Origin: a virus
DNA: 64,000 nucleotides
Virus record (IMG/VR): IMGVR_UViG_3300024299_000001
Coordinates: 67,275-131,274 of that record
Strand: one strand, 5' to 3'
Shown: positions 26,472-34,853 of the stretch, one piece after another
Numbering within the stretch: position 1 is the stretch's first letter
How the letters are laid out: each line of letters begins with the position of its first letter
Position numbers and translations under genes: made by a program
Notes under the pieces: model-generated
Database searches by the model: none
The model's input: only the letters and a program-made list of their open reading frames with translations
What the model was told of the DNA's origin: nothing

Positions 26472-26747
26472 ATGGTTCAGTCATTTTGGGACAGGCCTTC
26501 ACCGGTTCTTACTCAACAAGAGTTAAAAAACTGTGAAACAGTACTTGCACAAATAAAAATAGATGGTAAATCTTCTTTATGCCCCATTAATACAAAATGT
26601 GAAAGTATTTGCTGTAAACTCTTTCCAGAATTACCTGACTATACATGTCCTTGTGGGTCTCAGTATAAACCCTTGCATCTTATCCGCGTACTTAATAAGT
26701 TAATCAGAGAGAATACTTACCGATTAAATAAAACAAAAGGAGACTGA
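26472..26747 (+). CDS. Hypothetical Cys-rich early protein
   Basis: 91 aa; contains C-x-n-C clusters (CPINTKCESICC, CPCG). Confidence 0.35.
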   Translation: MVQSFWDRPSPVLTQQELKNCETVLAQIKIDGKSSLCPINTKCESICCKLFPELPDYTCPCGSQYKPLHLIRVLNKLIRENTYRLNKTKGD

Positions 26748-26752
26748 ACCAA

Positions 26753-26944
26753 ATGCCAAAGTATAAAATACATTGGACAGAAATCAGACAAGTCAGTTAT
26801 CATACTGAAATAATTGCTGATAATAAGATTAGTGCCCAAAAGATGCTCTTTCATGATACTGATGAAGTTAGATCATCTGTTGAGAAAGTAGATGAAGACT
26901 GCTTTGATTATATATCTAAAATTAAAATAGAGGAGATCAAATGA
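26753..26944 (+). CDS. Hypothetical early protein
   Basis: 63 aa; SD AAAGGAG. Confidence 0.35.
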   Translation: MPKYKIHWTEIRQVSYHTEIIADNKISAQKMLFHDTDEVRSSVEKVDEDCFDYISKIKIEEIK

Positions 26945-27273
26945 CTATTGAAATTATGAACCTTCGTACTGATCAACCGACTGAAGAGTATGATGTAAAA
27001 ATTGACCGTACATCTGTTCTTGGTAATCCTTACCATATGCTCAATGAAAAACAGAGAGATCTGGTATGTGCTCAGTATGAAGACTATCTGAAGAGTAGAG
27101 CAGCAGCGGGTCATCTCATGGAGAATAGATCATTTATCAAGGAATTGGAAAGGCTGGTTGAGCTGTATAAAGAACATAAGCAACTCAGATTGTTCTGCTG
27201 GTGTGCCCCGAAACGTTGCCACGGTGCCTCTATTAAGCGCTGGGTACTAAACGAATGCCATAGTACCAGTTAA
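26941..27273 (+). CDS. DUF4326-domain protein
   Basis: VKIDRTSVLGNPY...LRLFCWCAPKRCHG matches the DUF4326 pattern as I recall it. Confidence 0.55.
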   Translation: MTIEIMNLRTDQPTEEYDVKIDRTSVLGNPYHMLNEKQRDLVCAQYEDYLKSRAAAGHLMENRSFIKELERLVELYKEHKQLRLFCWCAPKRCHGASIKRWVLNECHSTS

Positions 27274-27325
27274 TCACTTAAGGGTCTTAAATGGCCCTTT
27301 ATACCTCTTTAAAAAGGAAATAGAT

Positions 27326-27766
27326 ATGGAATTACAAGATTTTAAAGGTTGGTACTTATTAACCGGTGTAGAATTCTCTACAATCAAACCTTCACGTAAT
27401 AGTTATTCTTCAGATATTGGGTGTTGCCGATTTGTATTAAATAATATCACTTATCAGATAACTGAAGATGAAAATGATGGTTATCGTAGTGCCCTAGAAG
27501 AGGTTAAAGTTATTGCTGATCATCAAGTAAAAAATACTTTTGAGCCAGCTTGGGTCAAAGCAGTGTATGTATCAGTAAAAACAAAGGGTGATTACCATTA
27601 TAACAGGGATTGTGATATTATCCAATTTATCGATGTAATAACTAATAAAATAGTATTAGAAATTGGTACTGAAAATACTGATGACTATTACCCAACGTAT
27701 ATTGATAGTTTTAACCCAGAGAATATGGCTATAAATGCAAACCTTAAACAGGAAATAGAGATATGA
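27326..27766 (+). CDS. Hypothetical early protein
   Basis: 146-aa ORF. Confidence 0.35.
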   Translation: MELQDFKGWYLLTGVEFSTIKPSRNSYSSDIGCCRFVLNNITYQITEDENDGYRSALEEVKVIADHQVKNTFEPAWVKAVYVSVKTKGDYHYNRDCDIIQFIDVITNKIVLEIGTENTDDYYPTYIDSFNPENMAINANLKQEIEI

Positions 27767-28215
27767 TGAAAGAATTAATCAAAGAAATCATAACTGATCC
27801 AATGAAATTAAAGATACCTTGTCGACCAATTGGTAAGCTGCAGAATAATGCTTTGCTTGATGAGATAGTTATGTATCTCACTGATACTTACAAAGCTAAC
27901 CAGAAGAGATGCTTAGGTCTTGCAGCTAATCAGATAGGCTACCAGAAGAGAGTTATACTGGTTAGGATAACCCAAGGGTTTGTTATTATGATTAACCCGG
28001 TTATTGTACCCAGTCTGATCCATGGTCGGATTACCAAGAAAGAGAACTGCTTAAGCTTCCCGGGACAGGTATTCAGAGTTAAACGATATAAACGTATCAA
28101 AGTTATCTATCATCCGTATACCAAGGAACCAGTATTACAGACTCATAAATATACTGGTCTTGCTGCTCGTATTGGTCAACATGAGGTTGATCATCTTAAT
28201 GGTGTACTCAGATGA
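27763..28215 (+). CDS. def: Peptide deformylase
   Basis: All three PDF motifs are present: GLAANQIG, ENCLSFPG (a variant of EGCLS) and HEVDHLNG. Confidence 0.85.
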   Translation: MMKELIKEIITDPMKLKIPCRPIGKLQNNALLDEIVMYLTDTYKANQKRCLGLAANQIGYQKRVILVRITQGFVIMINPVIVPSLIHGRITKKENCLSFPGQVFRVKRYKRIKVIYHPYTKEPVLQTHKYTGLAARIGQHEVDHLNGVLR

Positions 28216-28454
28216 CTTTTAAGTGGGAACCAACTGATTCGGGTGGTATGCGAAGAGTCCGAGTATACAATATTTATGAGGCTATTGATTACATCTGGAC
28301 AAACCAAGACAATGTAAAAGCTAAAAGTCATTTGCACAGAGATGCTAAAATGTGGAACATACTCTGTCATATTATTGAGAACAGCCCAGATACTGTATTT
28401 ACTGTGGAACAGCTTGATAAGTTTTTACTGGTTTGTGAAGGAGTATACATTTAA
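28212..28454 (+). CDS. Hypothetical early protein
   Basis: 80-aa ORF with an overlapping start. Confidence 0.35.
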   Translation: MTFKWEPTDSGGMRRVRVYNIYEAIDYIWTNQDNVKAKSHLHRDAKMWNILCHIIENSPDTVFTVEQLDKFLLVCEGVYI

Positions 28455-28461
28455 CCAAACA

Positions 28462-28490
28462 GGCCTCCGGCCATATGAACGGGAGTACAT
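28462..28490 (+). promoter_or_regulatory. Candidate vRNAP-type hairpin promoter
   Basis: GGCCTCCGGCCATATGAACGGGAGTACAT. Confidence 0.5.
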
Positions 28491-28528
28491 TACGTGCTCC
28501 TGTTTACATTAAACTAAAGGAGATTACC

Positions 28529-28702
28529 ATGGCTAAGAAATTTGCATTTAACATTATGTCTACCAGACGGTGTGCTCACCCGATGTGTATCAAGCTTATC
28601 AAACAAAGATTAGTTGATAAGGATCCTGCAGGGACAAAGTTCACTTTATGCTACAAACATTGGCACCAACAAGAATATAACAGGAGAGGCAACCATGTGT
28701 AA
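28529..28702 (+). CDS. Hypothetical small Cys/His-rich protein
   Basis: Internal ATG of track ORF 28475..28702 with AAAGGAG. The upstream part of the track ORF overlaps the promoter motif. Confidence 0.35.
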   Translation: MAKKFAFNIMSTRRCAHPMCIKLIKQRLVDKDPAGTKFTLCYKHWHQQEYNRRGNHV

Positions 28703-28895
28703 GATTATCGGATTTACCAAAAGAGTTGATGGTTATCGTACTGCTGCTGGTTTTATGAAAACTGAACTGTTTAAAACTGCCTGTATGAAAGTTGCTGGTA
28801 AAGGTAACTATGTTGACTATGCACAGCTGTACACCAAACGCCAAGCCAGTAAGTTCCTTAAGAGCAGAGGTATTGTATTTAACCACTTAAATTAA
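28695..28895 (+). CDS. Hypothetical small protein
   Basis: Internal ATG of track ORF 28614..28895, preceded by AGGAGAGG. Confidence 0.35.
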   Translation: MCKIIGFTKRVDGYRTAAGFMKTELFKTACMKVAGKGNYVDYAQLYTKRQASKFLKSRGIVFNHLN

Positions 28896-28904
28896 GAGGT
28901 TCTT

Positions 28905-29042
28905 ATGTTTGATAGATTCTTGGTACTTGTAGGTATTGTTGGTTTGGTTCTGGCTTGTAATGAATCAAACTATTGGGAAGTTAATGTATTGGGTGTTATG
29001 CTGTTAGCTACTTCAGTAGCACTCTTTAACTTTAAAAGCTAA
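28905..29042 (+). CDS. Small membrane protein (45 aa, below track cutoff)
   Basis: MFDRFLVLVGIVGLVLAC...VLGVMLLATSVALF; two hydrophobic helices. Confidence 0.35.
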   Translation: MFDRFLVLVGIVGLVLACNESNYWEVNVLGVMLLATSVALFNFKS

Positions 29043-29044
29043 AA

Positions 29045-29073
29045 GGCCTCCGGCCATAAAAAGGGGAGTATTC
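29045..29073 (+). promoter_or_regulatory. Candidate vRNAP-type hairpin promoter
   Basis: GGCCTCCGGCCATAAAAAGGGGAGTATTC. Confidence 0.5.
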
Positions 29074-29112
29074 GCTCTCAAATAATCAACCATTAATCAA
29101 GGAGTATGTACC

Positions 29113-29376
29113 ATGGAAAAGAAAAGTAAAAAGAAAGACAAACAACGTGCTGCAGCATTTGTTAATTGGGAAGTAACTACTAAAACTGGTATTGTTGTTA
29201 AATCTGATAGAGGTTTTCCTATCTTTCAGAACCCTGAATATCCTAATGCCAAAGAAGATCTGTTGGTTGCGGCAGCTGGTCAGACCGAGAATGGTATTCT
29301 TGAGTTGGATATGAAAGTCCGTATCTGCTTGAATGCCCCTGTTGAAGCTATTGTCAAACCCGAAGACTTGTTCTAA
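29113..29376 (+). CDS. Hypothetical basic early protein
   Basis: 87 aa; SD AAGGAG. Confidence 0.35.
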   Translation: MEKKSKKKDKQRAAAFVNWEVTTKTGIVVKSDRGFPIFQNPEYPNAKEDLLVAAAGQTENGILELDMKVRICLNAPVEAIVKPEDLF

Positions 29377-29571
29377 ATCAACTGGCTCACAGTCATCCCA
29401 GGTTACATAAAAAACGGGATTGAGACATCGAGCCGCATAATGGGTTATCCTTAATTGGGTAGCCCATTAAAAATTAATACTCTAATATTTTCAGACATAT
29501 ATTATATACATATGGAATTTGAGATCATTGGTATTAGGGTATTAATTTTAAAAATTTAAAAGGAGACAAGC

Positions 29572-30396
29572 ATGTTAAACCAAAGTGAACAATTTGTACT
29601 TGATTATATTATTGCTGAAGGTGGGCTCAAAGAGATCCCTGAAGCTATTGAACTGATTAGACAATACTGGCGTAAAGACCACTATAAATCTAAAAATATA
29701 AGACTTAAACAATGGGCTCCTCATAATGCTGACTCATTAGAGATAATTATATCAGTATTTACTGTTACTTTAATGGAAGAGACTATTACTTATCAGGCTA
29801 TGGTTGGTAAGTTAAACCATTTGATTAAAGTAAAAGATAGTCTTGATAGATTTAAAATAATAGCTGATGTAATTGCTCTGATCAGTCAGACTGGTTTGAT
29901 AGACATTGTTAGTCCCGGGCAGGGTACCAGTATACTCATTAGTACTGATTATGAGATACTTGATATCCCTAAACCAGATAAGCATGTTATTCTTACCCAT
30001 CGACCACAGCCTATTGAATCTAACTGGGATCCAGAGCTGGGCTCAATGCTGTTGGGGCATAACATGAACCATCATGATGAGGAGATCTGTTTACAGCACT
30101 TGAACCAATTAAATCAAATACCTTTGCAACTGAATAGGGCTTTTGTAAATATGTATACCGAGGCGCCTAGGAATGCCCCTAATAGTGTAAAAGCTGAACA
30201 ACAATGGTATCAATTTATGAATGAATCCTTTGGTAAGTATCAAGAGATTCTGAACCACAATAATTATTTCTATTTGGGTCATAAATATGATACCCGTGGT
30301 AGAACTTATGCTTGTGGTTACCATGTTACTACTCAGGGTAATTCTTATAAGAAAGCCATTATTGAATTGGCTAATGAGGAATTAGTGGAGGGCTAA
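29572..30396 (+). CDS. T7-like single-subunit RNAP family, N-terminal subunit (N4 RNAP II gp15-like)
   Basis: 274 aa. HKYDTRGRTYACGYHVTTQGNSYKKAIIEL aligns with T7 RNAP NMDWRGRVYAV..NPQGNDMTKGLLTL. The size matches the N4 RNAPII small subunit. Confidence 0.8.
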   Translation: MLNQSEQFVLDYIIAEGGLKEIPEAIELIRQYWRKDHYKSKNIRLKQWAPHNADSLEIIISVFTVTLMEETITYQAMVGKLNHLIKVKDSLDRFKIIADVIALISQTGLIDIVSPGQGTSILISTDYEILDIPKPDKHVILTHRPQPIESNWDPELGSMLLGHNMNHHDEEICLQHLNQLNQIPLQLNRAFVNMYTEAPRNAPNSVKAEQQWYQFMNESFGKYQEILNHNNYFYLGHKYDTRGRTYACGYHVTTQGNSYKKAIIELANEELVEG

Positions 30397-30400
30397 TATT

Positions 30401-30589
30401 ATGGAACTACCCTACGAAATCATTGAAAAATTATTAGAGATAGAAATTAAAAAGAGGTTTACACTACATAAACTAAATGTAAATAAGTATGAAAGAAATC
30501 CGCTACATCGAATGCAAATGCTTAATAGTAAAAAGCGTTGGAAAGATGCTGAACACGCTCTTACTTGGTTTATGCGAAATACATATTAA
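30401..30589 (+). CDS. Hypothetical small protein between the RNAP II subunit genes
   Basis: 62-aa ORF with an SD. Confidence 0.3.
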   Translation: MELPYEIIEKLLEIEIKKRFTLHKLNVNKYERNPLHRMQMLNSKKRWKDAEHALTWFMRNTY

Positions 30590-30612
30590 TTAAATTAGTG
30601 AAAGGATAAATT

Positions 30613-30894
30613 ATGGTTTCATTTCCAAGTATGGATCAAATGATTAAAGATGCCGATAAACTTAAAAAGAAAACCTTTAACGAGCGGCAATTTGAAGAGG
30701 CTCGTAGACAATTGATGGAGTTATGCACTAATGCCTTTGAAGAAGGTAAACGTCAACAAATAGGAATAGACAAAAAAGGCTTAGGTTATGGTAGAGTAGG
30801 TTTTGTGTATACCCCGACTTATAAAATTATCATGTCTCTTAAAACTGTTAATGAACAAATAACTGAATTACTATTGAAAGGAAAAGGCTTATGA
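30613..30894 (+). CDS. Hypothetical protein between the RNAP II subunit genes
   Basis: 93-aa ORF with an SD. Confidence 0.3.
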   Translation: MVSFPSMDQMIKDADKLKKKTFNERQFEEARRQLMELCTNAFEEGKRQQIGIDKKGLGYGRVGFVYTPTYKIIMSLKTVNEQITELLLKGKGL

Positions 30895-31130
30895 GATATT
30901 TTGTTTATTTATTTAATAAATTAGTATTTAAAGTCTTTGCACCCAAACCCCGGCCTCCGCTTGATTATGTATTATTAATACAATTATTTAATAGACTGGA
31001 TATTGATTTTACAGTCAATGAACCAGAAAATAATACTGTAATTATTACTATTTATGGAAAAGACAAACATGTTGAAGCAGGCATTAATTTCTGTTTTAAA
31101 CGATCTGGCAAATTAATTGGTACATACTAG
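30891..31130 (+). CDS. Hypothetical protein between the RNAP II subunit genes
   Basis: 79-aa ORF with an overlapping start. Confidence 0.3.
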   Translation: MRYFVYLFNKLVFKVFAPKPRPPLDYVLLIQLFNRLDIDFTVNEPENNTVIITIYGKDKHVEAGINFCFKRSGKLIGTY

Positions 31131-31146
31131 AAAAGGAATTTAAACT

Positions 31147-32361
31147 ATGAGATTGTATACCGGTAAAGAGTACTTACAGATTGATATGGCTAATCATTTT
31201 GGTTTAGATAAATCTCAGTTTGGTGGTCGATTGAAGTGGGTACAAGATAATGAAACTCAACTTGAAACATTAGTAGAACATGCCAAGGAACCCTTTAGAT
31301 TTGCTGCTGCACTAATGGCTTACCGCAAGACTCAGGCTGGGCAACCTACTGGTTATTTGGTTGGTTTTGATGCCTGTGCTTCCGGTCCACAGATCATGAG
31401 TACTTGGATGGGTTGTAAAGTAGGTGCCCGTAATACTGGTCTCACTGGTCAAACCAGAATGGATATTTATAAAGAAACTGTTAAAGCAATGGATAAAATT
31501 CTTGGTAAAAACAGTAACTATAATCGTGATGCAGTGAAAATTAGTTTAATGACTCATTATTATGGTTCAAAGGCTGAACCTAAGAATGCCTTTGGCGAGG
31601 ATACCCCAGAGCTTGAAGCCTTTTATGAGGCACAGAAGATAGTTGCACCCGGGGCAAGTGAATTGATGCATCACATGTTAAATGCCTGGCAACCCTTTGC
31701 ACTACAGCATACATGGATCATGCCAGATGGTTTCTTTGTTAACAAGAAAGTAAAAGATATGGTTGATGATAAAATTGAGGTAGATGAGCTTGAAGGCCAT
31801 CCTTGCTTCATCTATCGGCATACTGAGAATGTAGGCTTAGAAGAAGGTATTTCATTAGCTGCTGATTGTGTCCACAGTGGTGATGGCTTTGTAGTAAGAG
31901 AGATGAATTACCGATGTAACTATGATCGTACAGCATTGAAAAGAGCTGAACGTATGCTACATTACCGGTTATTCCAAGGCATACCTGCTGTAGGTGCTAC
32001 CAGTAAGATAGAACGATTAGCTGATCAGCATCAGTTTATATCTTTGGCTGGTGCACATGACTTGACCCAAGAAAGAGTGAATAGTTATAGTTATGAATAT
32101 GCTTACAATTTATTGAAATTAGTTAAGCAGACATTAGCTAAACCCGCATTTCCAATAGTATTCGTTCATGATGATTTTAAATGCCATGCTAATAATATGA
32201 ATATAGTTAGACAGACTTATAATGACATATTTGTAGAGATGGCTAATAGCAATATAATTAATGCTATTCTTACAATGATTACTGGTAAACCAACAAATAT
32301 TACTAAATTATCTGATGACTTGTCTGTTGAAATTAGAAGTTCTGAATACTTCCTATCTTAG
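31147..32361 (+). CDS. T7-like single-subunit RNAP family, catalytic subunit (N4 RNAP II gp16-like)
   Basis: 404 aa. Motif A is GFDACASGPQIMS (T7 DGSCSGIQH), motif B is LMTHYYGSKAEP, motif C is FVHDDF. Confidence 0.85.
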   Translation: MRLYTGKEYLQIDMANHFGLDKSQFGGRLKWVQDNETQLETLVEHAKEPFRFAAALMAYRKTQAGQPTGYLVGFDACASGPQIMSTWMGCKVGARNTGLTGQTRMDIYKETVKAMDKILGKNSNYNRDAVKISLMTHYYGSKAEPKNAFGEDTPELEAFYEAQKIVAPGASELMHHMLNAWQPFALQHTWIMPDGFFVNKKVKDMVDDKIEVDELEGHPCFIYRHTENVGLEEGISLAADCVHSGDGFVVREMNYRCNYDRTALKRAERMLHYRLFQGIPAVGATSKIERLADQHQFISLAGAHDLTQERVNSYSYEYAYNLLKLVKQTLAKPAFPIVFVHDDFKCHANNMNIVRQTYNDIFVEMANSNIINAILTMITGKPTNITKLSDDLSVEIRSSEYFLS

Positions 32362-32375
32362 TTAATTGAAGTATA

Positions 32376-32428
32376 TCCTATAGGGCTCACCTCCGGTGAG
32401 TTCTGTAGGATTATTTCTTATTTTTTTT
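32376..32428 (+). terminator. Rho-independent terminator (core CTCACC-TCC-GGTGAG)
   Basis: Extended hairpin followed by TTATTTCTTATTTTTTTT. Confidence 0.7.
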
Positions 32429-32587
32429 GAGAGTGAAGAAATACTTCTTTCCGATATACTAATAGTTCTGAATTTAGCATTTTTGACTATATACAGACTA
32501 TAACGTAACTGCTATATTTTAGTTAAAACTATATTTTAAGTAAAATCCATAAAATAACACTTTTAGACTTTAATAGGAGATCCAAAC

Positions 32588-32758
32588 ATGTCAAAAAAAT
32601 CACTAATAGGTTTAATTCCAAGACATATCCACAATGAAAAAAGAATCTGGGAAATTATATTAGCAATAAATCGTTATGCTGCTGTAAGAAAAGTAATTCC
32701 AAATGAATGGATGGAAGAGTTAAAAGAATTATACCCAAAAGAAGCACAGGAGGATTAA
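32588..32758 (+). CDS. Hypothetical small protein (56 aa, below track cutoff)
   Basis: TAGGAG SD; MSKKSLIGLIPRHIHNEKRIWE... Confidence 0.35.
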   Translation: MSKKSLIGLIPRHIHNEKRIWEIILAINRYAAVRKVIPNEWMEELKELYPKEAQED

Positions 32759-32760
32759 TC

Positions 32761-32916
32761 ATGCCAGGTAGACAAGCCAGTTGTCCAGAATGTGGTGCCA
32801 GTATTGATGTATTTAATAATAAAGATGGAGATATTTTTCCTTGTTCTGATTGTGGAGAAAGTTTGGAATTAATAAAGAACACCGGAGAAGAACCAGAATT
32901 AATCTATAATTATTAA
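32761..32916 (+). CDS. LysW-like zinc-ribbon protein with acidic tail
   Basis: Internal ATG of track ORF 32707..32916 after AGGAGG; CPECGA...CSDCGESLELI...EEPE. Confidence 0.45.
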   Translation: MPGRQASCPECGASIDVFNNKDGDIFPCSDCGESLELIKNTGEEPELIYNY

Positions 32917-32931
32917 CAGGAGTAATGAGCC

Positions 32932-33116
32932 ATGGGTATGAAGATAAACAGTAAAGAGGCGGTTAAATTTATAATTGCTGCCATGAAAGCAAATCTTGTT
33001 ACCATGATATCTGGTTCCCCAGGTATTGGTAAAAGCGCTATTGTACAACAAATTGCTGATCAATATAATCTTGAACTAATTGATGTAAGATTAAGTCAGT
33101 GTGATCCAACAGACCT
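32932..33116 (+). CDS. AAA+ (MoxR/AAA_5-type) ATPase, exon 1 (N4 gp24-like)
   Basis: Walker A GSPGIGKS. The frame is broken after ..RLSQCDPTDL and resumes at 34000. Confidence 0.75.
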
Positions 33117-33999
33117 TAAGTTACAAAGGGCTTCATAAGAGCAATCTTATGTCGAAAACTATCTAAACGGTGAAACACCTTGACTAATGGAAACCCTTAA
33201 CATACAGTGGGGTAACTATTAATTTTAAAGCGAGGTCAATACCGTGCTAAATACTAATAACATTACAGAAATTTGGGTACCGATTAAAAATTTTGAAAAA
33301 AGATATGAGGTATCTAATTTAGGAAGAATACGCTCTATTCAAGATAATCATCATAATTATCGTATTAAAATAATAACAGGTTTCATAAGATCAAAAACTT
33401 GTCAATATTTATATGTACAATTATGGCGAAAAGATAAACCAACAACAAAAGCAGTTCATCGATTAGTAGCACAAGCATTTAAACCAAATCCTTATAATAA
33501 ACCAATGGTTAATCATAAAGATGGTATTAAAATAAATAATATTGAAACAAATATTGAGTGGGCTACTAATTCAGAAAATGTTAAACATGCTTTTACAACT
33601 GGGCTACAGGATAGAGAAAAATGTGTAAAGCGAATGATTGGAACTAAATTTAACACCAGATCCAAATACAAAAATGTATCTTGGGATAACTCCAGAAAAA
33701 AATGGATTGGTGGTGTTAAACACAAAGGAAAAGTTATTAAAAATAAACGTTTTAATAGCGAAATAGAGGCAGCTTTACATGTTAACTGGATTATAGATAC
33801 TTATAATTTAGACCGTCCAAAAAATGTTATTAGTTAAATTGCGTAACGACCATCCCGCAAGGGAGTACACTCAAGTGAGTGGAAACGGTAGTCGTCCTGC
33901 TTATAATAGTAGGATGTTGATATGGTCTATTCTGCATGGTAACATGCAGCAGTTCAGAAGAGAACGGGTAAAGATTAACGAACTTTATCGAATATTAAG
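33117..33999 (+). mobile_element. Group I intron carrying an HNH homing endonuclease gene
   Basis: Joining 33116 (U) to 34000 (which follows intron-terminal G 33999) restores DPTDL-L-GFPF and a 344-aa ATPase. The 3' core (AGTACACTCAAGTGAGTGGAAACGGT, TAACGAAC) is homologous to the intron at 52916. Boundaries +/- a few nt. Confidence 0.6.
33244..33837 (+). CDS. HNH homing endonuclease (NUMOD4 + I-HmuI-like HNH_3)
   Basis: EIWVPIKNFEKRYEVSNLGRIRS, AVHRLVAQAF.PNP..KPMVNHKDGIKINN..NIEWATNSEN; GTG start after GAGGT. Confidence 0.8.
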   Translation: MLNTNNITEIWVPIKNFEKRYEVSNLGRIRSIQDNHHNYRIKIITGFIRSKTCQYLYVQLWRKDKPTTKAVHRLVAQAFKPNPYNKPMVNHKDGIKINNIETNIEWATNSENVKHAFTTGLQDREKCVKRMIGTKFNTRSKYKNVSWDNSRKKWIGGVKHKGKVIKNKRFNSEIEAALHVNWIIDTYNLDRPKNVIS

Positions 34000-34849
34000 T
34001 TTGGGCTTTCCTTTCATTAGTGAAGATCGGAAGAAAGCTTCCTATGTGCCCATGGATATATTTCCATTAGAAAATACTCCAATACCTGAAGGCAAAGTAG
34101 GTTTTCTTTTATTCCTGGATGAGATCAATGCATCCTCATTAGCAGTGCAGGCAGCGAGTTACAAGCTGATACTGGATGAGAAGGTAGGACAGCATCACTT
34201 ACATCCAATGACCAAGATGGTGGCTGCTGGTAACCTTGCTACGGATAAGGCCATTGTGAACCGACAAAGCACTGCAATGCAGTCCAGACTGGTTCATCTT
34301 GAACTGGTAACAGATCCGGAACTATGGCAGGAGTGGGCAGCTAAAGAAGGTATTGATCATCGTATCATTGCTTATATCAACAGTAAGCCAGATGATCTTT
34401 ATAATTTTAACCCAGAGCATAATGACCATACATTTGCTTGTCCTCGTACCTGGGATTTCCTTTCAAAGATTATTGGTAGCATTGAAACTAAACAATTGCA
34501 TACATATTTACCTTTGATTGCTGGTACTGTTAGTGAAGCCATTGCTCGATCATTTGTAATGTTTACTAAAATCTACACCAATATGCCTGATTTCCAAGAA
34601 ATAATGGCCAGACCAGGATTAGCTCGTTTGGACAATGATCCCTCTTTTAGATTTGGTGTATCCCATATGATTGCTGCTTACACTAAAACAAATAATATTT
34701 CTACTTTAATGACATACATTGAACGCTTACCACTTGAGTTTCAAACAATTACCCTTCAGAATATTATGCGTAGAGATCCAGAAATGATCAAAGAAGATTG
34801 TGTTAAGAGGTGGATCTCAGTTAAAGGTCAACAATTGTTTAAGGAGTGA
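34000..34849 (+). CDS. AAA+ ATPase, exon 2
   Basis: Walker B LLFLDEINA and sensor AAGN. The track ORF 33824..34849 includes an intron-derived N-terminus. Confidence 0.75.
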
Positions 34850-34853
34850 TCCA

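Noticed and set aside
30941-30960. GGCCTCCGC promoter-like string
   Set aside because: It is not an inverted repeat, lacks the ATAT/AAYGG box and lies inside CDS 30891..31130.
32386-32400. CTCACC-TCC-GGTGAG as another hairpin promoter
   Set aside because: It is embedded in a longer stem and followed by a long T-run, directly after the RNAP II gene. A terminator is the simpler call. The shared loop is noted in the findings.
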